From the NCBI RefSeq assembly GCF_001194135.2, contig NC_068982.1, positions 170,684,322 to 170,717,652 of the forward strand: a DNA stretch of 33,331 nt, written 5' to 3'. Under the pieces are notes generated by a model, which worked only from the letters and a program-made list of their open reading frames with translations, ran no database searches and had not been told where the DNA came from. A program made the position numbers and the translations under genes. Below are positions 24,036 through 33,331 of this stretch, one piece after another (position 1 is the stretch's first letter; the number at the start of each line of letters is the position of its first letter). The stretch is from Octopus bimaculoides. Taxonomy: Eukaryota.

Positions 24036-24267
24036 GGTACGGACATAAAAAACGTAGACAAAATGAGAAACGAGAACATAAAAAACAAAAACACAGAAAA
24101 CGAACTTTTGTTCGAACAACGAAAGAAACAATCAAACAAAGAAACGATACAGGCAACATAAAGAACATTCCCTTCACCAGTTGTCCCCTGTTTCATCTAT
24201 TCCGCCTTTCGAATGTATATGTATGTGTGTACGTGTATATGCATATATGCATGCATTTATGAGTATG

Positions 24268-24299
<32 letters not shown>
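24268..24299. repeat. (AGAT)n tetranucleotide microsatellite
   Basis: Direct reading. Confidence 0.9.
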
Positions 24300-25052
24300 G
24301 CATATATACGCATATGTTAATACACACACACTCAGACACTCACATACATACACAGGTAAACACTTAAATGTGTATGTGTGTTTGCTTTAGCGTATGTTTA
24401 TATTGTAGCAACTACATTTAAGTTCACTGCAGTGAGTAAAGATTGATAACTCAATCATTCTAGAAAAGAGATAGGTGAAATTATTACTAGGTGCTGCAGT
24501 ATGACCGCTATCTCGGAAATGAAAATGGAATTCAAATTTGTGACGTTTGTAGCCTCCATTTTAATCAGAAACGATGGACAGATATTGCTTGAAGTCAACA
24601 TTAAATTGTGACGCAAAACATGCTCGGAAAAATTAGCTTTGCTGAACGTCTTTGCAAAGGTAATTCGGTGCAGAATTATCGACTCCCTTACATTAGGGGA
24701 AAATGGAAGCAGGTGTATAAAACAGAAAAATAGGCAGATAATACTTTTCTCTTTCAATAGAACAAGCATTAGTCGCTTTATTGGGAAAAATGGAACATTA
24801 TGAGATTTTAATAAGTAAATACCGAATGAATCTTAACAGTTGAAACAGGAGCATTTTTCACTTCTCTTACATCACTAATTTTTCTTTCAGAATATTTTCT
24901 GATAATATGTATTTTATGGTAAAGTAGGATAGGCATATTTAATTCCTGTGCATATTTAATTCCTACGGAATTTAAAAATGTGATACTGTTATTTAGATTT
25001 AAGTAATGTTATTATCGAAGCATTTAAAGGAGAATAAAAAAAAAATCTATAA

Positions 25053-25860
25053 AACCTTACACTGGACCGGAAGGTAATACGATCCCAGAGTCAGAGCCGG
25101 TGTCTGACCTGGGTGTTCACATGAGCAATGATGCTACATTCCATGTGCATACCAAGGTGGCAACACTGTGCAGGCCAGTGGGTGAATGGATTCTGAGGAC
25201 ATTCAGAATCAGGAAAAGGGAAGCATTGATACTCCTATGGAAGAATTTCGTTCTCAGCCGCTTGGACTACTGTTCCCAAATATGGTCTCCAAAGAGTGTG
25301 AAACAAACTGTGGAACACGAAGCATTCCAGCGCCAATACACAAAGAAGATTGACTCGATGCAAAAGATGGGCTACTGGAAGAGGCTAAAGGAGCTGAGTC
25401 TCTATTACCTAGAGAGAAGACGAGAAAAATATACGGTGATGTACATTGGAAGATCATGGAATTTTTAGCTCCCAATTTTGGAATTGACATTTATAGCAAT
25501 CCTCGAACTGGACGGCACTGCATCATACCAAAGATCTCATCCTCCCCATCTAAAATAAGGACACAGTTCTGTAATAGTCTGGGTTTCAAGGGTCTGCAGT
25601 TGTTCCACACCCTGCCAGGCGGGCGAAGAGATCTACATGGTGTTCATTGGAAGCTTTCAACGAACGTCTGGACAGATTTCTACCTGAGATGCCAGATGAA
25701 CCCAAATCGCGGTAGGAGACGCCGAAGAAGAGTAGCTCCGTCCAACTCCCTACAGAACCAAAAACAATACCGGAAACAACACCGAGTAACTACAGGTGAG
25801 GCTCCGGCATGACCTCAGCCCTGGGTTAAAACCAGTAAAAGATAAAAGATAAAGATTAAA
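25053..25860 (+). mobile_element. 5'-truncated CR1/L2-group LINE 3' end (RT thumb/C-terminal region)
   Basis: YTGPEGNTIPESEPVSDLGVHMSNDATF..WILRTF..LWKNFVLSRLDYCSQIWSP..EAFQRQYTKKI..YWKRLKELSLYYLERRREKY, then RTGRHC..NSLGFKGLQLFHTLP..DLHGV, RLDRFLPEMPDEP. Ends in the tandem tail GTAAAAGATAAAAGATAAAGATTAAA. Confidence 0.88.
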
Positions 25861-26054
25861 AATATTGTTTATATTAATTTATATATTTCTCATAGAAAAA
25901 AAAACTCAGTTTCTTTTAAAGTGATTGTAAAAATACATAGTGTAATGAAGAAAGCTGACATTAATTTAGAACAAAGGTTTTCATACGCTTCCAGAAAACC
26001 GCCTGAAAGAGGTATTACTGCTAGTACTATAAATGATAATAATTCTTTTTACCC

Positions 26055-26116
26055 TGGGCACAAGACGTGAAATTTTGGGGGAAGGGGACGAGTCGATCAC
26101 ATCAACCACAGTGCTT
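26055..26116 (-). mobile_element. SINE 3' fragment
   Basis: The reverse complement CACTGTGGTTGATGTGATCGACTCGTCCCCTTCCCCCAAAATTTCACGTCTTGTGCC matches 19558-19611. Confidence 0.6.
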
Positions 26117-26702
26117 AAGGATGTTGTGAGACAGAAGTAGAGAAGATAACTTCGAATTTACCCAAATCCAGATTGGATTGCACGCGGCAACATGCCAAAC
26201 AAGAAAAGATGACATAAACTTTTAGAAGTTTCATAGAATTCACATAAAATTTTATTAGTATGAAGTTTGTTGTGTAGAATCATAGCTCTTAACACNNNNN
26301 NNNNNNNNNNNNNNNNNNNNNNNNNNNNNNNNNNNNNNNNNNNNNNNNNNNNNNNNNNNNNNNNNNNNNNNNNNNNNNNNNNNNNNNNNNNNNNNNNNNN
26401 NNNNNNNNNNNNNNNNNNNNNNNNNNNNNNNNNNNNNNNNNNNNNNNNNNNNNNNNNNNNNNNNNNNNNNNNNNNNNNNNNNNNNNNNNNNNNNNNNNNN
26501 NNNNNNNNNNNNNNNNNNNNNNNNNNNNNNNNNNNNNNNNNNNNNNNNNNNNNNNNNNNNNNNNNNNNNNNNNNNNNNNNNNNNNNNNNNNNNNNNNNNN
26601 NNNNNNNNNNNNNNNNNNNNNNNNNNNNNNNNNNNNNNNNNNNNNNNNNNNNNNNNNNNNNNNNNNNNNNNNNNNNNNNNNNNNNNNNNNNNNNNNNNNN
26701 NN

Positions 26703-26719
26703 CGACGCTCTTCCGATCT
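26703..26719 (+). other. Illumina adapter/read-1 primer remnant (assembly artefact)
   Basis: Exact CGACGCTCTTCCGATCT, the 3' end of ACACTCTTTCCCTACACGACGCTCTTCCGATCT, at the first bases after a gap. Confidence 0.92.
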
Positions 26720-27087
26720 TGTACAAATACATAAATCCGGAGAACAAGCACACTCTAAGATATAGAGCAGTTAATAGGGTTACCCTGGATTTCTCACTCA
26801 TAAGATGTTTAGCCTTACGCCGTATCTCCAGGACCCAAACACTACTGGCCTGAGACCTCTTTAAACTATAGAGGAGGAAAAACTTTTAAGTAGAGCTCAA
26901 GTCGTTCCATGTTTATGGGAGACCTGTGGTTTCTGTAAACTATGTAAAAGCGCTGAGCTTGTCAACTATTTAACAGAAACCACGTGGTCACTGTACAAAA
27001 CTCTCCATATTTTAAAGTGGTGACTGTCAAAAACCCTTATGAGCGAGAAACCTAGAGTAATCTCATAAACCGGCGTACCCCACTATA

Positions 27088-27126
<39 letters not shown>

Positions 27127-27299
27127 NNNNNNNNNNNNNNNNNNNNNNNNNNNNNNNNNNNNNNNNNNNNNNNNNNNNNNNNNNNNNNNNNNNNNNNNNN
27201 NNNNNNNNNNNNNNNNNNNNNNNNNNNNNNNNNNNNNNNNNNNNNNNNNNNNNNNNNNNNNNNNNNNNNNNNNNNNNNNNNNNNNNNNNNNNNNNNNNN

Positions 27300-27342
<43 letters not shown>

Positions 27343-27724
27343 CATATGTAAATGTATGCATATGTTTATGTATGTGTATATGAATGCTTACATCTACGAA
27401 AATATGTATATCTACGTATAAATAGAAGTGTAGAGTCATATTGTTAGAAATTGAATTTTAGGTAACTATTACTGGTAATAAGTTTGTCGGTATGTTAGAG
27501 TGCAATTTGAAACAGCGTATGTGAGTTCTATGGATTTCTATGAATCTCTGACAGCGTGTATATCATTCTTTCTCCGTATAAAGAAAACTGTTCTACGAAA
27601 TAGCTTCTCTCGACATATGCGTGCATACACACATACATATACGCGTGTGCGTATATTTTGGATATGTACATATAAGTATATATATCTATTTATGTATTTA
27701 TATGCATATATATACATACATATA

Positions 27725-27755
<31 letters not shown>

Positions 27756-28199
27756 NNNNNNNNNNNNNNNNNNNNNNNNNNNNNNNNNNNNNNNNNNNNN
27801 NNNNNNNNNNNNNNNNATGTAGAAGTATACCTCTGTTTATACGTGCAGTTTTGTGTATGTGAGTGTGCGTGGGTGTGTGCATGTGTGTGCATGTGTGTGC
27901 GCGTGCATGAAGCGATATCAGTTACGATATTAATATCAAACCACCAGAAATGATTTAATGAAAGAATAATATTTAAAAAACAAATAAAAAAACCAAAGGG
28001 AATGTCTGTTTGATCATAAAATGATATTGCTTTTTCATCATTGAAGATTTTAGCATGATATTACTTTGAATATGAATTTCTATATGTACAGAGGCACACA
28101 AATTCGCATACATGTTTGTGTGCACGTACATAATTATAAATTAGTGTATTTTTATTTCATCTATGTGAGTGTGTACGGAAAAGCGCACACTAACACAAA

Positions 28200-28680
28200 T
28201 TTATGTGTATCATATGTTTGTTAATATTTATATGTGTATATATATTTGTATTACTATATATTTGTATATATACATAGATATACATACATATAGACACATA
28301 TATATATATATATATATACATACATACACCCACATATCTATATATATACATACATATACATAAATGCATATATATTTACACAATGTATATTTACACACAC
28401 TCCAACACACAGAGATGTATCATATATATATATATATATAATGCTTTTACTCCCTTCGCGCAGTGTATGTGTATTTCATATTTTAACATTTAATGGGGGA
28501 GTCGTATAAATATTTACTATAATTATAGGCATATACCCAAACAGGCGTACATATGTACTGCATAAAAATCTATATTAACAGATACCCTACACTTATTTCC
28601 TACACATATGCTTTTATAATTCATTTATAGAAGCACCTACATATACGTATACATATATACATAAATGCATGCACACATAC

Positions 28681-28733
<53 letters not shown>

Positions 28734-28860
28734 AATGGTGTACGTGTTTGTATGACTTTATATACATATAAGCATACACATGAACTCAACTGAATATGAA
28801 TATAAATGCAATTATATATGTACATACATATACCTACACGTGTATATGTGAATATACACA

Positions 28861-28924
<64 letters not shown>

Positions 28925-29070
28925 TACATAGATGCATACATACATACATACATACATACATACATAGATGCATGCATACGTACATACATATATACATGCA
29001 TACATACATACATACATACATACATACATACATACACACATGCAAGTGTATATACATATGCGTGTCTCTG
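28200..29070. repeat. Large degenerate (TA)n/(TACA)n field
   Basis: Direct reading; explains the YIYI/CMYV ORFs at 28169-29175. Confidence 0.9.
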
Positions 29071-30284
29071 TGTGTACATGAAACTATAGATATAAATTGA
29101 AACACAGTAACGTGTCAGTGTACGTGAGTATACATAAAAGTATGATACGCAAATTACATGCCGTAAAATACGCATGAAAGAAGGAGAGTTACAAATGAAT
29201 CATTGCCAATAATGTGATTGTCTAAACATCAAACAAGCCGACGTTTCAAATCAGATTTGAATATTTTCAAAACAATAAGCACTATATCCAGTTCAATGGG
29301 TGCGACAGGACTACTATACATGTACTGAAGTATTTGCGGAAATATTAGTAGTTGTAATAGTGGTGGTGTTAATTGTAGTAGCATTATCAGTGCTAGGTGT
29401 AATGTGATTTGATCGAAGTGAATTTAGAGCCATTCGAGATTAGTGTCTGCGAAATATGTTATGTAATCTTTCATTGAAAAGCATTTAGATGTCAGGAACG
29501 GAATGGTTTATATATGTACATATATTTATACACGTTAACATATTCACACACGCACTCACACCCACAAGCACACATGCGTGCATATATATATATATATGTT
29601 AATATCATAACATGTATCAGAAAGTTAGAAATATATATATACATATATATATATTAATATCATGAGAGATTTAGAAATATATTTATATATTCTATTTCGT
29701 TGTTAAGATCATAGAAGCTTGGGCAATTCATAATCAATCTGGGTTGTTTTGCATGTCATTTAAAGTTTTTCAGTTTTGAATTACACCTGTGTGTTTTATA
29801 TGCTGTATACGTATAGTGCATGTTCGAATGTTTGACCAGCCACTGTGTTTGTGTATGTATTTCTTTCATAAGACGGCCCTCACTCGGAGCCTGTTCATTT
29901 TGTATAGTATGTAGTTTTGAAAAAGATAAATTAAATATATGCTTTTGTTTCCAGTTTATAGTCATTGAATATATTTTTGTGCTTTTACTTATGACAAATA
30001 CTAAAAGGCAAATGAAACCATTTATAGGTATGGATCAAGTCTATTTTTTAAAGATCCGAGTAAAAAATTTCCGTTCACAAAATGGCTTAAATGTGCCTCA
30101 TATTTTTAACGCACTCTCATACAGCATATATTAAGTTAAATGTCTCTAGAAGAATTCAGTCTCTCGCAATGAGACTTGGTATGCTATGCAATTTCAGAAG
30201 CAATTTGACATCACATAATCAAATGCGTCTGTCTCACTTCCAGAGGATCATACAGATACAACCTAGACATATATGATCGCACTC

Positions 30285-30420
30285 CCATATACATACATAC
30301 ATATATGCATACATAAATTCACACATACATACATACATGCATACATACGTACACACACACACACATACACACACACGCACACACACACACACACACACAC
30401 ATAGATATATACACACACAC
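30285..30420. repeat. (TACA)n-(CA)n compound microsatellite
   Basis: Direct reading. Confidence 0.9.
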
Positions 30421-31150
30421 AAATTGAGGGAATGGAGTAGATAAAAATTCAGGCTACATATGTTTCCTAGTTAGAAAGACCCCGGAAGAAATAATTACTC
30501 AACGAGGTGTACTCCACTAGTTCCTTATCAGGCCGAAGATACCTAAGTTAAATTAAGCTAATATTGTCATCAAGGGATCTCGAGTTAACTCGCAGGAGAT
30601 GTGACTTAAAATGAGAGGTGAAGCCGGAAAAATGGAGTGAAAAAACAAAATAGAAGAACGTGTGTATGGAGAAATAAAATATGGGAGTAGGCAATTGTCT
30701 AAAGTTAAGAATGTAGAAAAGGAGAGAGAGAAAAGGAAAGAATTATGAGTAGATTGAAGTTGAGAAGGGGAAGACGTCGTGAATTTTAGCTACGTAAACG
30801 CTAAATAAATAAATATATATTCGCACCCAAGTATATACATTTAAAAAGAATCAAAGAAAAGAAAAAATAACTTTTAGAAAAATAAAAACTGTCAGAAGAA
30901 GAAAAGGAAGAAAAAATTTAAAAGTTGGTGTAAGGTGAATTTGCTCGGAGAGGAAGAAAAAGAGACCGATGGGAGATAAATTTATTAGTCATTAGGGGAA
31001 CATAGTACATCGAAGTAAATTTGTGGTATACTGAGAAACTATATATTAGTATATCTGGGCACATGCACACATGCGCGCATTTTCTCTCTGAACCTGTGGT
31101 GTCCTACAGGTGTGCACGCGCCTACATATTCTCACGTTCAGAGAGGAAGC

Positions 31151-31750
31151 GGATCTTTTTTAAAACGGGGGCCACATTTTTCATTAATGTTTTACGTAGT
31201 GTTTTTGGTACGGAAAGACTTTCAAACTTCGCATACTTATCTATTTTGTGTTATAGAACAGAAAAATATTTTTGTATTCGAATTTATTTCATGTAAAAAA
31301 TTGTCTTATTTCGATAATTTCAACCAATCACTGACAAGTATTCAGTTGTTTATATTTACTCCTTTGGCTGATTAAGCGATGTAAAGCGTATTTAATCTCC
31401 ATACCTTCGTNNNNNNNNNNNNNNTTTCATTTTAAATTTGCTTTAACCCTAACCCTAACCCTAGGGTTAGGGTTAGGGTTAGGGTTAGAGTTAGGGTTAG
31501 GGTTAGGGTTAATTGTTTCAGAATCGTTTGTTTATGTAGTCGGCACTTAATTTATATCGGCTGAATGGACGTCAGTGATTTGTTGAAATTACAGAAATAC
31601 GACAACTTTAACATGGAATAATTTATGGATTTCTTTTTTTTTAAAGAAGACTAAGAGAAAAAGATGTTTTATATGACACATTCTACCAGTGTTCCAAGTT
31701 TCAAAGTGTTTCGTTAATGAAAAATGTGGGCCCCGTTTTAAAAAAGATCC
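31151..31750. mobile_element. Non-autonomous foldback DNA transposon (MITE-like; Merlin-like ends) with an 8-bp TSD
   Basis: TSD GAGGAAGC at 31143-31150 and 31751-31758. TIR GGATCTTTTTTAAAACGGGG(G/C)CCACATTTTTCATTAA, 36/37 identical. Weaker inverted similarity continues to about 31345 and 31561. No ORF. Confidence 0.9.
31445..31510. repeat. Interstitial telomeric repeat, palindromic (AACCCT)3(AGGGTT)8 with one AGAGTT variant
   Basis: Direct reading; centre CCCT|AGGG at 31462/31463. Confidence 0.95.
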
Positions 31751-32049
31751 GAGGAAGCTGTAGAGATATCACATGATTAAGAAAATATAAAGGTAGTTAA
31801 ATTAATTGTATAAGTATACAGAAAGGCTTCAATTAGGGGCGGAGGAATAGTTAGGAGAGTGCTATTGAGAACAAATTAGATAACCTACGTTTGCCATTAA
31901 GAATTAGATGTCTCCTTACATTTAGATGTTTTCATAGACCTAAATACGGGCACTTAGAAGCTCAGTCATAAACCGTATGCGAAACATACGTATATACATA
32001 GACAGTCATTTTACACCCCTATTATGTTTAGAAACCTGATAGCCAACAT

Positions 32050-32520
32050 CAGTAATATGAAATCAAACCCCAACCTCATCTCGTTTGCGGCGGCTACAAA
32101 GGTATTAATTTCAATAATAAGTAGTAATTTTACCCAAATCAACATGATGAGTTATTTAAATTATGAAAATCCATAAGGTATTTGATACAAGTTCATCTAG
32201 ACCTTTCTTCAGGCTACAAATGTAACACCAAATAGACACTGGTTTCCATTGTAGAAAGTAGTCTATTACAATAGAGGGGTGATTAGAAGACAAAGTGATA
32301 AATTATAAAGAGGAGGTAGTTGCATTATTAGACTTTCCCTCAAACAGGGATCCTAATGCAGCATTTTATCTTATTAATTTCCAAATGTTAAAACTGCGGT
32401 GAACATCTACGACCACAAAACAATAATACGTCAGGAACCGACTAATTTATGGAATATATATTATAAAGGAAGAGACGAGAAGATAAAAATAGAAGTAAAA
32501 AGCGTCAAAGAGACTGAAGT
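32050..32520 (+). mobile_element. Very degraded LINE reverse transcriptase remnant
   Basis: IHKVFDT (~KAFDxV), IIRLSLKQGS*CSIL (~GxxQG..S.LLF) and RLIYGIYII (~LxYADD) occur in the expected order in different frames. Confidence 0.3.
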
Positions 32521-33331
32521 TTATTACTATATATACTTTTAGAATAGTGTTTTGATGTAGTCATATAAAGTATAAAGATAATACCGAGGTACAAGTACGA
32601 CTAAAACAATAATTATGAATATAATGTGCAGAAATAATGATGCAGAATACAGTTTATGATTGTGATCAGAGAGACTTAAAGCTCATCTTAACTATATATA
32701 TATTGATTAATTTCTTGAGAAATGTTTGAAGTATGAAGTCACGAGATACGAGATTATAATATAAATTCAAGAGTAATTAGGCAAAAGATACCAGCAAAAA
32801 TATGGACGCCGCTCGGTACGTGTTTAATTTGAATTAAGATAATCATAATTTCTATGAATGTTATATTGAACTATAGGGAGAAACCGGCGAAAAATTCATC
32901 AAATGTAATGAATGAATTCGATTGATTTCGAAATACATTTAAGGATTTCTTTTCCCTCAGCAGAAAATAATCTGCAGCTGCTTCAGTCCCTATTTTACAA
33001 CAGCTATATATCTATATAACAGACTGCTTCGTTTTGAGTTCTCAAATAAATTTAGTGAATAGGTGCTAAATGCATTACTTATATAGTTCAAGGAATGTTC
33101 ATGATTATTTAGACTAGCACCAATAGCGATTTATTTTATTTGGTGTCGCAACTTAATTAGTTCTAAGAAATTCTTCACTTAAAGAGCACTTAGCAGGATC
33201 CCAAGTGCTACACGTCATTAATCATTTTAGCTAAAGTGTCACTGTTTATCGAATAAGTATTATTGTTACAATTAGAACTGGATGCAATCGCAACTGATGT
33301 TGCACAGTATAAATATATATATATATATATA

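Noticed and set aside
24455-24769. 104-aa minus ORF and a plus-strand AAG|GTAATT donor at about 24659
   Set aside because: All three plus frames contain stops upstream of the donor, and the minus ORF has no recognisable domain.
1672-28842. About ten CACGTG E-boxes seen by eye (1672, 4398, 5159, 6092, 16676, 17769, 18392, 21014, 26981, 28837)
   Set aside because: Scattered rather than clustered, and readily produced where CA and GT low-complexity sequence meet; no regulatory claim is supportable.
30581-30592. 12-bp palindrome CGAGTTAACTCG
   Set aside because: Isolated and expected occasionally by chance; no tRNA or ncRNA fold supported.
31445-31510. Chromosome end or ancient telomere fusion site
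   Set aside because: The array is short, internal, in the wrong orientation for a fusion, and enclosed by TIRs and a TSD.

Overview
A eukaryotic, AT-rich, microsatellite-dense draft-assembly window with 7 N gaps (615-782, 22222-22456, 22814-23628, 26296-26702, 27127-27299, 27756-27816, 31411-31424). It looks intergenic or deep-intronic. I infer a coleoid cephalopod (Octopus-like) source from a recurring tRNA-derived SINE and the repeat landscape. I found no intact host gene, RNA gene or CRISPR array, and most listed ORFs are simple-repeat or gap artefacts. Hand translation across stops and frameshifts shows several dead mobile elements: two distinct RLE-type (R4/Dong-like) LINE remnants (about 12400-13860 minus, 19928-20800 plus), a hAT Charlie/Buster-like transposase (about 15410-16960), a probable piggyBac remnant, a CR1/L2-like LINE 3' end, and several SINE copies. 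The most striking structure is a 600-bp non-autonomous foldback element at 31151-31750. It has an exact 8-bp target-site duplication, GGATC-starting TIRs and a palindromic (AACCCT)3-(AGGGTT)8 telomeric-repeat core. An Illumina adapter remnant sits at 26703-26719. All family assignments come from recalled motifs, not database searches.
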